From an uncultured Erysipelotrichaceae bacterium (lineage in GTDB: Bacteria > Bacillota_I > Bacilli_A > RFN20 > CAG-826): a stretch of DNA of 64,000 bases. The stretch covers positions 3,870 through 67,869 of the forward strand of contig CADCLU010000003.1 of assembly GCA_902802355.1 (NCBI GenBank). Reading direction: 5' to 3'. The position numbers and the translations under genes are program-made. Under the pieces are notes generated by a model. The model saw only the letters and a list, made by a program, of their open reading frames with translations, made no database searches and was not told where the DNA came from. Shown here in pieces: positions 47,929-57,527 of the stretch (within the stretch, counting starts at the first letter, position 1; the number at the start of each line of letters is the position of its first letter).

Positions 47929-49643
47929 GCCTTAACTCCAAGGCTTTCAAGCAAGGTTGCAAGGAGGTGTTCAGTCCTCTCTTTTAAGCCGTTGCCATCC
48001 TTCTGGAAGACCTCGACGTAGAACTTGCACTTTGGCTCAGTTCCACTAGGTCTAATAGCAATCCAGGAAGAGTCTTCGAAGATGAGACGGACGACTTCGG
48101 ATTTATCGTAATCGAGCTTGGTCTTCTCTCCGGTTCTAAGATCCTGTTTCTCAAGTTTGACATAGTCCTCGATGACGACGACTTTCATGCCGTCGACTTC
48201 ATGTGGAAGGCTGTTATGGGCTTTCTCCATGATCTTGGCCATTTCGGAAGCGCCGCTAGAGCCGAAGAAGGAAACGCTCTTTGTGATGGTCATGTGATAG
48301 CCATACTTCTTCTCGAGGTTCTCGTAAGCGACATCAAGCGGGATGCCTTTGAGATAGTAATGGAGAGCCATTTCGCTATAGAGAAGAATGGCTTGGATGC
48401 CGTCTTTGTCTCTGACGAATGGTTCAACGATGCAGCCATAGGATTCTTCGTATCCGAATTCGAACTTAGGACCATAGCCCTGCTTCTCGTAGAAGTCGAT
48501 TCTGTTGCCGATGTATTTGAAACCGGTGAGGAAGCTTTCGTTCTTCAAGCCATAGGCTTTGGCGATCTTTCTGCCTAAGTCGCTGGTGACGATGGTGTCA
48601 TACATGACTCCGTCTTTGGAAAGTTTGCCCTGCTTCTTTCTCTCGGAGAAGAGGTATTCCATAAGAAGGGCCGCGCTCTGATTGCCGGTGAGTCTTTCGT
48701 AGGTGCCTTTGCTAGAGAGATAGCTTAGACCACATCTATCGCCATCTGGGTCAGTCATAACAGTTAACTGAGCGCCGATCTCTTTGGCGAGTTTGATGGA
48801 TTCATTAAAGGCTTCCGCGTTCTCTGGGTTTGGGGATTCGGTTCCGCCAAAGGCAGGATCGTGGATGCACTGCTTCTCGACTGGATAGATTTCGTATCCG
48901 CAGGCTTTGAAGATACGCATGGCGTTCTCGTATGAAGCGCCGTGCTGTGGGGAATAAACGATCTTGAAGCCCTGCTTTGGAAGGTCTGGATTGACCTGGG
49001 TCTTCATAACGCGGGCGACGTATTCGTCGTCGATTTCTTTGCCAAGCGTGATGGTCTCGCCAGGTTTGTCGGCTTTTGGGGCCTCAACGGTGAGCTCATC
49101 TGGGAGGGAGGCAAGGATCTCAAGCATTCTGGCGATCTTAGTTGGGACAAGCTGGCAGCCGGTCTCGTCGTAGACCTTGTATCCGTTATATTCCTTTGGG
49201 TTATGGGAGGCGGTGATCATGATACCACCAGCGGCTTTCATCTTACGGACGGCGAAGGAAAGCTCTGGGACTGGACGGAGGGCATCGAAGATATAGGCCT
49301 TGATTCCCATCTCGTTGAGAATCTTGGCGGAGAGAAGGGTGAACTCACGGGATTTGAAGCGGTTGTCGTGGGAGATGACGACGCCCATATCCTTGGAGCC
49401 AGGGATCTTCTCGATAAGATACATGCCGAAGGCAACCGTGGCTTTCTTGACGGTGAAGTCATTCATCTTGTTAGTGCCTGGGCCAATGAATCCGCGCATA
49501 CCGGCGGTTCCGAATTCGACGTCTTTGAAGAAGGCGGCGTCTTTCTCTTCCGGAGTTAAAGCGGCGAGGGCTTTCTTGTCCTCTTCGCTGACCTTCGGCG
49601 AGGCCATCCATCTTTCATAGTTCAACTTAACTAAATCAGCCAT
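47925..49643 (-). CDS. Phosphoglucomutase/phosphomannomutase-family phosphohexomutase (572 aa)
   Basis: Active-site GIMITASHNPKEYNGYKV. GGTE/DPDGDR loops. Confidence 0.85.
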   Translation of the reverse strand: MADLVKLNYERWMASPKVSEEDKKALAALTPEEKDAAFFKDVEFGTAGMRGFIGPGTNKMNDFTVKKATVAFGMYLIEKIPGSKDMGVVISHDNRFKSREFTLLSAKILNEMGIKAYIFDALRPVPELSFAVRKMKAAGGIMITASHNPKEYNGYKVYDETGCQLVPTKIARMLEILASLPDELTVEAPKADKPGETITLGKEIDDEYVARVMKTQVNPDLPKQGFKIVYSPQHGASYENAMRIFKACGYEIYPVEKQCIHDPAFGGTESPNPENAEAFNESIKLAKEIGAQLTVMTDPDGDRCGLSYLSSKGTYERLTGNQSAALLMEYLFSERKKQGKLSKDGVMYDTIVTSDLGRKIAKAYGLKNESFLTGFKYIGNRIDFYEKQGYGPKFEFGYEESYGCIVEPFVRDKDGIQAILLYSEMALHYYLKGIPLDVAYENLEKKYGYHMTITKSVSFFGSSGASEMAKIMEKAHNSLPHEVDGMKVVVIEDYVKLEKQDLRTGEKTKLDYDKSEVVRLIFEDSSWIAIRPSGTEPKCKFYVEVFQKDGNGLKERTEHLLATLLESLGVKA

Positions 49644-49660
49644 GGTAATTCCTCCTGATT

Positions 49661-50647
49661 CTATTCATAGAATATTTTAGGCGTTCCGAAGAAGGTTTGA
49701 AGAAGCTTTGATTCTTCTTCACCGAGTTTCGACTCAAATTCCTTGCCTGCTAGGTAATCGAGCGGAGGCAAAGGATGTTTGAAGCTCATCTTGTATGCGT
49801 GTAAGAACTGGTTGGACCAGCCATACTTCGCTTTGATCTCACGGTTAAGGTTGAAGTCGCCATATTTGCCATCGCCGATGATTGGGTGGCCAATCGATGC
49901 CATATGGGCGCGGATCTGATGGGTTCTGCCAGTGAGAAGTTCGACTTCAATAAGCGAAAATCCACCGCAAATCGTGAGTGTTTTGTATTTCGTTATAGCG
50001 GTTTTGCCGCCTTTTTCGATTGGGCAAACGGTAACTAGTCCAGTATTTGAATCCTTCTTGAGAGGCTTGTTGATCGTACCTTCTTGATCAGTCGATCCCA
50101 CTACTATTGCTAAGTACTTCTTATGGATGTCATCCCTCTCTTTGAAGAGACGGGTAAGCTCGCTTAAGGCTTCGTTTGTTTTGCCAAATACGACAAGGCC
50201 AGCCGTATTTCTATCAAGCCTATGGGCTGGGGAAGGGACGAAGGAATGGTTCTCTGGGTCGAACTCGTCTTTGTAGTAAAGATAGTCGAGGACCTTTCTC
50301 GCTAAGGTGTTTCTGGTTTCCTTATCATCTCCGATGACAAGAAGGCCTGAAGGCTTATCGACGATGAGGATATTCTCATCCTCATAGACGATCGGGTATT
50401 GGAGAGGTGCTTTGATGGCCTCTCGTGGCTTCTGGAATTCTGCAAGCTGGGCTTCGGTGATATAGATACGGAGAGTGTCGCCTTCCATGAGGATATGGTC
50501 TTTCTTGATCCAATGGCCATTGACCTTGATATCCTTCTTCCTGAAGGTTTTGTAGATCAAAGAAAGAGGAGCGTTCTCGAGGAGTCTCCTGACGTATTTC
50601 TCCGCCTTCTGATTTGAGTTTGCTTTATCGATTAACTTTTCAATCAT
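49661..50647 (-). CDS. RluA-family pseudouridine synthase with S4 domain (RluD/RluC-like)
   Basis: HRLDRNTAGLVVFGK catalytic motif. N-terminal S4-like region. Confidence 0.85.
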   Translation of the reverse strand: MIEKLIDKANSNQKAEKYVRRLLENAPLSLIYKTFRKKDIKVNGHWIKKDHILMEGDTLRIYITEAQLAEFQKPREAIKAPLQYPIVYEDENILIVDKPSGLLVIGDDKETRNTLARKVLDYLYYKDEFDPENHSFVPSPAHRLDRNTAGLVVFGKTNEALSELTRLFKERDDIHKKYLAIVVGSTDQEGTINKPLKKDSNTGLVTVCPIEKGGKTAITKYKTLTICGGFSLIEVELLTGRTHQIRAHMASIGHPIIGDGKYGDFNLNREIKAKYGWSNQFLHAYKMSFKHPLPPLDYLAGKEFESKLGEEESKLLQTFFGTPKIFYE

Positions 50648-50731
50648 GTTTGATTAACAAACATTGTAGCACAAAAGATGGCCTCATTGATTAGCGGTAC
50701 GCACTTCTAATTGGTTTGTTTCATCGTCTTG

Positions 50732-50760
50732 TTGAAAAATCTAGGTCGCTAACCTATAAT
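50732..50760 (+). promoter_or_regulatory. Consensus sigma-A promoter TTGAAA-17-TATAAT for tRNA-Ser(GGA)
   Basis: Perfect -10 and near-perfect -35 with a 17-nt spacer, 34 nt upstream of the tRNA. Confidence 0.6.
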
Positions 50761-50793
50761 TCCCCTTGCGCGACAAAGACATAGTTGCGACAT

Positions 50794-50884
50794 GGAGGAA
50801 TACCCAAGTGGTCGAAGGGGCGGGCTTGGAAAGCTCGTAGGCGGGTAACACTGCGCTAGGGTTCAAATCCCTATTCCTCCGCCA
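50794..50884 (+). tRNA. tRNA-Ser (anticodon GGA)
   Basis: GGAGGAA acceptor, anticodon loop TTGGAAA, long variable arm, T-arm GGGTTCAAATCCC, GCCA end. Confidence 0.8.
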
Positions 50885-50894
50885 ATCAAAAAAC

Positions 50895-50925
50895 AACCTA
50901 GGTTCAACGCCTAGGTTTTTTCTTT
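50895..50925. terminator. Bidirectional rho-independent terminator (AACCTAGG/CCTAGGTT)
   Basis: 8-bp stem with a T-tract on the plus strand (after the tRNA) and a T-tract on the minus strand (after the 166-aa gene). Confidence 0.65.
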
Positions 50926-51404
50926 TCGACTAGCAAGCTTTTTATCGGTTCGATGGAAACCGTTTTCGGAACGGTAATGTATTCGCAACGACCTATATAA
51001 ATGATCCAATAATCCCCGTGTTCCTTAACCATGATTGGTTTAAAGGTCTTGGTTACAGGAACAGGGTCATTTCCCCATGCCGGATTGCCTTTGCCACAAT
51101 CACCTTGGTAAGTGACAGTCCCATCTTCGTTATAAGTGATCTTCCCTTTTCCATAGTAACGGGTAAAGCGTATTTGGGTTATCTTAAAGCCAAAGATTCC
51201 AGACAATACCAAAAACGGGGTGGCTGCAACAAGAAGGATGATTCCAAGCGTCCTGTTCTTTAAAATCACCAAGCCGACAGCGGCGCCAAATCCAAGGGCG
51301 ATTAAAGCGCAGAGGATGATGCCGAGAAAGTACCATTTAATAGACCAACGATATACAGGAGTAAAGTCCTTTAAGTCCAAATAGTATTCGAATTCGTTTT
51401 CCAT
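50904..51404 (-). CDS. Small membrane protein (hypothetical, 166 aa)
   Basis: Two TM helices then a soluble domain. Last gene of a three-gene minus-strand operon. Confidence 0.45.
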   Translation of the reverse strand: MENEFEYYLDLKDFTPVYRWSIKWYFLGIILCALIALGFGAAVGLVILKNRTLGIILLVAATPFLVLSGIFGFKITQIRFTRYYGKGKITYNEDGTVTYQGDCGKGNPAWGNDPVPVTKTFKPIMVKEHGDYWIIYIGRCEYITVPKTVSIEPIKSLLVEKKKPRR

Positions 51405-51407
51405 AAA

Positions 51408-51830
51408 CTATTCTTCCTTTTTCTTCTGAATCTTGTTGAGGATGGTTTTGATTCCGATTGCCGTAAAAGTCACACAGAGGATGAATGGCGATCCAATCGG
51501 CGAGGCCCACCACACCCATACGGCTGAACCGATGCCTATGAGCCATTTGGCGGCATCAGTCGTCCATCCACAAAGAAGCGCGGCCAAATAGAAGCCCCAC
51601 ACGGACGCGGACCAAATAAGGAAAGAGATGACGATGCAAATCGCGCTCCTCCAGTCTCTGATGTTGTAGAAGAGCCATACGAAAGGGAAAGCGATGAGGT
51701 ACCACACCCACTTCCAGAACCTTTTGAACTTGCTAGGCTCTTCACGGATATGATCCTTCCAGGCTTTCTGTTTGTTGTTGTATTCTTCTTCAAGTTTTTG
51801 GAGATATTCGCTCTTCTTCATAGTCAGCAC
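51408..51830 (-). CDS. Small membrane protein (hypothetical, 140 aa)
   Basis: Trp-rich TM helices. 3-nt spacing to the downstream gene. Confidence 0.45.
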   Translation of the reverse strand: MLTMKKSEYLQKLEEEYNNKQKAWKDHIREEPSKFKRFWKWVWYLIAFPFVWLFYNIRDWRSAICIVISFLIWSASVWGFYLAALLCGWTTDAAKWLIGIGSAVWVWWASPIGSPFILCVTFTAIGIKTILNKIQKKKEE

Positions 51831-51896
51831 CTAAATCATACAGCATTTGAAGAAAAAAGCCTCGCAAAACGAGGCTATTTTTGATTTTGTAGGACT

Positions 51897-54164
51897 TTAT
51901 CTTCCTTCTTTTTGGAATTCGGACAAAGCGTAGAAGACGGTCTTCAAAGCGTCGACGTCATAGTAGAAGAGAATCTTATCGAGTCTCTCCTGATAGCTGT
52001 CGCCAAACTTCTCAAGAGTCTCTTTTCTAAGAATCTTCATGCCGGCGTTCGTGATCATGCAGACGTTCTTGTCTTTGCTGTCGTTCTTCGTTGTGGCCTT
52101 CCCCTTCTCTTCGCTGATGCTGTAGAAGTCCTCGAAACTCATAGGAAGGTATTTGAAGATCTTGTAGGCTGTGACCATCCATCTGTTGTGTTCTAACGCA
52201 GCAAGTTTAGTTACAGGAGCGTCTTTCGGAAGGTCGGGATATTTGACCTCGCTGATCTGTTTGGCAATGTCATCGTAGAACTCTTTTGGTGAGGTCTTTT
52301 TTCCATCAAGCCTTTCGACAAGATAATCAGGAGTTAAGGTATATCCGAACAAATTGAGTTTTGTCTTGAGCGAATAAACCGTTTCGGTGTTCGCGGTGAT
52401 GGTCTCTTTGTCGCCAAGATAGAATTTCGCGATCGTTCTGTTTTTCTCTCCGCCATAGTAGGAGATCATCGCAGCAAGGCCGAGCTTGTTGATCATGAAA
52501 TGATGCTTGCTGATATAACTCGACATCAAGGAGTTCTGACCGTAGACGACAATCGGAACTGAAATATGATCTTTTAAGAGGATGCCGGAATTGATTTCTT
52601 CCTGAGATAGAACAAACTCATTGAACTCTTTGTCTTCGAAGTTCTTTGAGATTCTGTCATCGGCGATCCTGACGAAGATGACAGTTCTCTTCAACCTCTC
52701 CTCGCCGAAGTATTTGATAAGGGTGTTTCTGAGGGTGATTGCCATCTTCACATCGGTATTCGTGTCGGCAAAGGAAACGAGGAACATTTCGAATCCGTTT
52801 TCGGAGAATCTATTTGATTTGCTGTCGTTTTTGATGTTTTCGAAGTATCTGTTGAGCTCTTCCTCGGAAGTGAGATCTTTGCCATCAAGCTCATCGACGA
52901 TGTTATAGAAACGAGGCTCGTATCCTTTTGGATTCTCTTCAGTGTAACGATTCTTGTAGAGAGTCACGAGAGATTCGGAGAACTGATCAAGGACATGGTA
53001 GTTGACCTTGTTGGTGTTATCAGTCCAAAGCTGGTAAGCCGCTTTCATCTTCTCAAAGATAGAACGGTTCGCTTTACCAAAGCCTAAGAAGGTGACATTA
53101 AGGGATTTGTTGTCCTCATCGTCTTTGATGGAGGATAGATCAACAAAGTTGGAGAGCTGGTTATTGAGCAAGAACTCGGAGGAGATCATGTCATAGAGAG
53201 ACAAGGTGCTGATGATGTGGCCGGTCTTCTTTGAGAAGCCGTTAGCCTTGTCGATGTCGCTGTTCTGATAGGTAAGGAAGACCTTAAAGGTCTCAAAAAT
53301 CGACATCTCTTTGTCGGTGAGAGTCTCTTTGGATTTAAGTTTCTCATAGAGTTTCATGAACCTCTTGTTCTCCATGAGAGCGGATAAGAAGTGACCGCCG
53401 AATTCAACGGAGACATCATCATTTGAGAAAAGGCCATAGACGAAGATCTTCCTCTTCTTGAAGCAATATGGGATAGGCCAGAACTTCTTATCGAAGTGAC
53501 GAAGCAAGAAAGAGGCTAATCCCTTGCTGAAGTTCTCAGTTCTGACATTAAGACCCTTAAGGGTGAGCATATCTTTGTATTCGGTGCCTTCCTGCGTCTT
53601 CTGAGACGAAGAGGTCACAAACATCGTAACGACTTTGTTCTTTGGACCCTTGGTCGTAAGCTCAGTTGCTAGTTTGGCGGCCATAGGCATGCCTGGATCG
53701 GAGAAGATGTAATAGATCTCAGTATTTGGGTTAAGCTTCATGAAGAAGGTCTTTATGCCCTTACCGAAATTCTTCACGGTTAGAAGGATGACCGCCATCG
53801 AGGAAAGAGCTAAAGAAAGGATTGAGGAGACGACGTAGCCGATGCCAAAGGCAAGCTTAGTTGGATCGCCAGCAAAGAAGTAGGCTCCGATTGTGCTCTT
53901 ATCGAAGGCGACGACCATCATCTTCAAGGTGTCGAAGACTGAAGTGACCGCTAAGACGAGAGGGTTACCTGCTTCCTCTGGTGGAACGGCTGGGAAGAAG
54001 TTCGCGTAAAGGCTGTAGCAGAAGCAAACCAAAAAGCAGAACACCGTATAGATGAGGAGGTTCCCGCGGTATTTGTATTTGAACGCGTAAAGGAGATACC
54101 TAAAGATCAATAGCGAGAAAACCACGCCAGAAAGGATTAAAAGGGCTATGACTAATTCATTCAT
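51897..54164 (-). CDS. Large polytopic membrane protein with about 550-aa cytoplasmic region (hypothetical; tentative RyR-like LAALEHNRW motif)
   Basis: About six N-terminal TM helices and a long Lys/Asn-rich soluble domain. No catalytic motif recognised. Confidence 0.45.
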   Translation of the reverse strand: MNELVIALLILSGVVFSLLIFRYLLYAFKYKYRGNLLIYTVFCFLVCFCYSLYANFFPAVPPEEAGNPLVLAVTSVFDTLKMMVVAFDKSTIGAYFFAGDPTKLAFGIGYVVSSILSLALSSMAVILLTVKNFGKGIKTFFMKLNPNTEIYYIFSDPGMPMAAKLATELTTKGPKNKVVTMFVTSSSQKTQEGTEYKDMLTLKGLNVRTENFSKGLASFLLRHFDKKFWPIPYCFKKRKIFVYGLFSNDDVSVEFGGHFLSALMENKRFMKLYEKLKSKETLTDKEMSIFETFKVFLTYQNSDIDKANGFSKKTGHIISTLSLYDMISSEFLLNNQLSNFVDLSSIKDDEDNKSLNVTFLGFGKANRSIFEKMKAAYQLWTDNTNKVNYHVLDQFSESLVTLYKNRYTEENPKGYEPRFYNIVDELDGKDLTSEEELNRYFENIKNDSKSNRFSENGFEMFLVSFADTNTDVKMAITLRNTLIKYFGEERLKRTVIFVRIADDRISKNFEDKEFNEFVLSQEEINSGILLKDHISVPIVVYGQNSLMSSYISKHHFMINKLGLAAMISYYGGEKNRTIAKFYLGDKETITANTETVYSLKTKLNLFGYTLTPDYLVERLDGKKTSPKEFYDDIAKQISEVKYPDLPKDAPVTKLAALEHNRWMVTAYKIFKYLPMSFEDFYSISEEKGKATTKNDSKDKNVCMITNAGMKILRKETLEKFGDSYQERLDKILFYYDVDALKTVFYALSEFQKEGR

Positions 54165-54242
54165 ACATTCATTATAAATGAAGGTCCCTTACATAGTCCA
54201 CGAGTGCGCGAAAGAAAAACCCCCACGAATATTCCGTGAGGG

Positions 54243-54330
54243 TTTTGCTGATGATTTTGGTTATTCGGCCTTTGGCTCTTCGGCTTTTGGTTCCTCTGGC
54301 TTTGGTTCTTCAGCCTTTGGTTCCTCAGCT
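54243..54330. repeat. Imperfect 15-bp tandem repeat (about 5 copies) inside the CDS
   Basis: ttcggcctttggctc / ttcggcttttggttc / ctctggctttggttc / ttcagcctttggttc / ctcagctggtttggc. Confidence 0.6.
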
Positions 54331-54752
54331 GGTTTGGCTTCCACTTCTTTCGCTTGTTCTTTCTCGGCGATGGCGGCAGCTTCCTGCTCGGCGGTGACTT
54401 TCTCACTTTCGGAGATGATCTTAAGACGCTGGGCACGGCGGAGGGCTCTCTCATTGTCGGTATCGTTCTTGCGGGCGAATCCGTTAAGGGCGATGGCAGC
54501 GATGAGGGCGGCCACTAAGAGGAGAATGACGCCGAACCATCTGTATGAAAGATGCATGGCATTTTGGAAGGCTGCTTGCCCGGTCCAGTTGTCCTCTGGC
54601 TTGCCAGGATAGAAATCGGCGATGAAGCCAAGGACTATCATCACCAAACCGCCAAGAGCGAGGATTCCATCGAGGACGATGAAAACTTTTTCGCCTTTGG
54701 AAAGCTTGTTCTTAGAAACATCTTCAATTTTGGTTGGGGTCATATCGTTCAT
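54261..54752 (-). CDS. Membrane protein with C-terminal EPKAE tandem repeats
   Basis: Two TM helices. (EPKAE/EPKPE)x5 tail encoded by 15-bp DNA repeats. Confidence 0.5.
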   Translation of the reverse strand: MNDMTPTKIEDVSKNKLSKGEKVFIVLDGILALGGLVMIVLGFIADFYPGKPEDNWTGQAAFQNAMHLSYRWFGVILLLVAALIAAIALNGFARKNDTDNERALRRAQRLKIISESEKVTAEQEAAAIAEKEQAKEVEAKPAEEPKAEEPKPEEPKAEEPKAE

Positions 54753-54766
54753 AGTTGTAACCTAGT

Positions 54767-55678
54767 TTACTTTGGAAGACCGGTCTTTGGGTCGAGCTCG
54801 ACTGGCTCACCCTGATCGGCGGCTGGGGCCTCAGCAGATTTCTGCTGATTGGCTTGCTGTTCTCTTGCGATTTTGATGAGCTCGGTGATAAGAGGATCGT
54901 AGTGCTCTTTCCAGGCTGGCTCAGCTTCGCGGATGAAACCGTTGATGGAATCCTCGGTCTCTCTGATGATCTCTGGGAATCCTTTACCGGTTGGGAGATC
55001 GCGGCGTCCGGTCATGTATTCGACAAGGGCGAAGACTTTGTCTTGAACACCCATGAATCTCTCATCGGTGATACGGTTGTTGGCGCGGACGGTATTGAGA
55101 AGAGTGATGACTTCGCTGATATCGTTGCCGATGAATTTGCTGGCTGCGCTTTCTTCGCCTTTCGCTTCGCGACGGGCGACGTTGTAGTCATTGAAGAGTC
55201 TGACGAGCTGTCCGACCATGGTGAGGTAGCAGACACCTCTGTAAAGTCTCTCTTCGGCGAGGTCAGCTAATTCGGCTTGTCTCACATCGATGTTCTTGGA
55301 TTTCGCATCGCGGATGATGCCGGAAACCATGGCTTCGATGTTCTCGTGGATCGGGACGACGCCTTTGAAGATGGCGATGTGCTGAGCATGGTCAACACGG
55401 AGGCCGTCATCGGCCAACTTGAGGATGGTGCTCTCATCACCGTAGACATCATCGTAGAAGTCACGGATCATCTTTTCGAGTTTTTCGCCATTCTCACCAG
55501 AGGCATTGATGATGCTCTTAAGTGGGGTTGGCTGCTCAACCTCAATAAGGACGCTTCTCTTTTTCTCTTTGTAAGCGTCGAGGTTGTAAGCTTCTTTGTT
55601 GAGTGTGTACTCAAGGGTGTCACGAATCGCTACTTTGTAGTGTTCGAGCGTTGCGATTACTTGTGTTGGTTGATTCAT
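54767..55678 (-). CDS. Hypothetical soluble protein (303 aa)
   Basis: Complete ORF in an operon-like minus-strand run. No recognised motif. Confidence 0.4.
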   Translation of the reverse strand: MNQPTQVIATLEHYKVAIRDTLEYTLNKEAYNLDAYKEKKRSVLIEVEQPTPLKSIINASGENGEKLEKMIRDFYDDVYGDESTILKLADDGLRVDHAQHIAIFKGVVPIHENIEAMVSGIIRDAKSKNIDVRQAELADLAEERLYRGVCYLTMVGQLVRLFNDYNVARREAKGEESAASKFIGNDISEVITLLNTVRANNRITDERFMGVQDKVFALVEYMTGRRDLPTGKGFPEIIRETEDSINGFIREAEPAWKEHYDPLITELIKIAREQQANQQKSAEAPAADQGEPVELDPKTGLPK

Positions 55679-55681
55679 TCG

Positions 55682-56566
55682 TTAATTGCCTTCCTTTTCA
55701 ATCGTTGTTTCAGCGGTAGTCTCCGCAGATGGGTAGACGTAATTCTCGATATCACTGAAACGCTTGATCACAAATGAAGCGTGTTGCTTAACGTCTTCGA
55801 GACTGTGATCCATGCAGAAGCTTCTTCCAGGGAAGGCTTGGAACATAGATATATCGTTTCCAGAATCGCCGACGACTAAAACATTATCCACATTGATTTG
55901 ATTATAATCAAGATAAAACGAGAGGCCCTCCCTCTTGGTCGCGCCTTTAGCGGTTATCTCGATTGCTTGCTCAGAAGCAACTATGTTGAGGTCCGGATAT
56001 AAGCCAGTGAGTTTCTTGGCGAGTTCGAAAGAGAACGGAATGCTCTTTTTGCCAAAGCCAGGGAACATCAGGATCTTATAGATTTGACCATTGTCGAGTT
56101 CCTGTTGGAAGAGGGCGTCATCCTTGAAATATGGCTCACGGTAGGTGCCTTCGAAGATACGGTAGATCGAATAACCCATCTTGACCCATTTGGCGATCTC
56201 TTTCCTCTGGCAGACCATATTATGGTCTTTTGTGAAGAGGAAGATGAGTTTCGCTTCGTGGATGTTCTGAAGGTCTTCGACGATCTTTCTGGCTTCTTCG
56301 TTGTTAACGTGTTTCTCAAAGATGGTTTTGCCACCGGAGACAACGAGCGCGCCATTGCAAGCGATGTAGTCGAAGTTTTTGCCCATCTTGGTACCAACCT
56401 TCTCGCCGAAGTAAGAGTTTCTTCCAGTAACCAAAAGAATGCGTCCCCCATCATCGCAAAAGCGGTTGATGAAAGCGCGGTTCTCCTTGGTCACCATGTG
56501 AGAACGCTTTTTTGGATAGAAAAGGGTACCGTCCAAATCGGTCGCGATTAGCTTCACAGACTTCAT
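55682..56566 (-). CDS. Cof-type HAD-IIB phosphatase
   Basis: IATDLDGTLF motif. VVGDSGND. Confidence 0.8.
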   Translation of the reverse strand: MKSVKLIATDLDGTLFYPKKRSHMVTKENRAFINRFCDDGGRILLVTGRNSYFGEKVGTKMGKNFDYIACNGALVVSGGKTIFEKHVNNEEARKIVEDLQNIHEAKLIFLFTKDHNMVCQRKEIAKWVKMGYSIYRIFEGTYREPYFKDDALFQQELDNGQIYKILMFPGFGKKSIPFSFELAKKLTGLYPDLNIVASEQAIEITAKGATKREGLSFYLDYNQINVDNVLVVGDSGNDISMFQAFPGRSFCMDHSLEDVKQHASFVIKRFSDIENYVYPSAETTAETTIEKEGN

Positions 56567-56613
56567 GGCAACATATTGTAAACTAACCTTTGGTTAATAA
56601 CAAAAGAAAATGC

Positions 56614-57117
56614 TCATTTAATGGCGTCTACTGATGTTTTCACCACTTTTAAGGCCTTGGAGAAGACCTCGAGAGTGGTTTTCTTCGGGTCGTAGGCGGC
56701 TAAGAACTCGAATTCTTTCTGGTTACGGATGAAGAAGACGATGTCACATCTTTGATAAGTCGAGATAAGACCCTTGTATGAGGCGGCATAGTTCTTCTTG
56801 AACGAGGACTCGTTGAACGGCACTCCTTCTGCGATCTGGCGGTATCTTGCACGTAGCATGGACAAGAGCCTGCCCGTGAACATGTAGTAAATGGTGATTC
56901 GATAGCCGTGACGATGCGCCTTCTGGAGATTCACCATATCTTCTGGTGCGGCGAGGGTAAGGATAGTCGCAAAAGAATCTCCACTGCTCAAACCATCTTT
57001 GAAGGACTTAACGGGGAGTGAATGGATGAAGGCGTTCTTGTAGCACTTAGCAAAGGTCGAACGACCACTGCCAGGAACCCCTGCTATGACGATTAATTGA
57101 GGTTGTTCTTCAATCAT
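56614..57117 (-). CDS. P-loop NTPase, kinase-like (167 aa)
   Basis: Walker A IVIAGVPGSGRSTFA. Short length, no lid or substrate motif recognised. Overlaps the upstream small ORF by 8 nt. Confidence 0.5.
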   Translation of the reverse strand: MIEEQPQLIVIAGVPGSGRSTFAKCYKNAFIHSLPVKSFKDGLSSGDSFATILTLAAPEDMVNLQKAHRHGYRITIYYMFTGRLLSMLRARYRQIAEGVPFNESSFKKNYAASYKGLISTYQRCDIVFFIRNQKEFEFLAAYDPKKTTLEVFSKALKVVKTSVDAIK

Positions 57118-57421
57118 GTTTCGCCACCACCTTCACGACTTGGAGTTTGTTATTGAGATACTCTTTTGTGCCATTCTTGTATTCGTCAACCAAAAAGCCG
57201 TTTTCGACATATACGAGAGGCACGCCTTTTGAGAAGTTCTTGCGCCTTGCTTTATCGATTCCGTATGAGCCAGATTCCGCTGTGAGTTTGAAAAGGTATT
57301 TCTTGTATTTCGCTGAGGAGGCTCCTCCGAGATACTGACTCTTGAGGACGCCGTTCTTGCGGTAAACCAGGTAGAAATATTCCTTTCCTTTGATGATCTT
57401 TTTGGTCAGTGTTTTCTTCAT
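57110..57421 (-). CDS. Small basic protein (103 aa, hypothetical) translationally coupled to the P-loop protein
   Basis: Lys-rich (KKTLTKKIIKGKEYFYLVYRKNG...). 8-nt overlap with the downstream gene. Confidence 0.4.
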   Translation of the reverse strand: MKKTLTKKIIKGKEYFYLVYRKNGVLKSQYLGGASSAKYKKYLFKLTAESGSYGIDKARRKNFSKGVPLVYVENGFLVDEYKNGTKEYLNNKLQVVKVVAKHD

Positions 57422-57485
57422 GATTCAATTATAATTCTTAAAATCAGTTAGGCAACTTCTTTTACTTGTTACCTAATTTTTAAAA

Positions 57486-57516
57486 GACAAAAAGAAAAGA
57501 GCCCGATGGGCCCTTA
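57486..57516 (-). terminator. Rho-independent terminator after hpf
   Basis: GC-rich hairpin around GGGCCC followed by TTTTCTTTTTG on the minus strand. Confidence 0.5.
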
Positions 57517-57527
57517 ACTTTTGTGGT

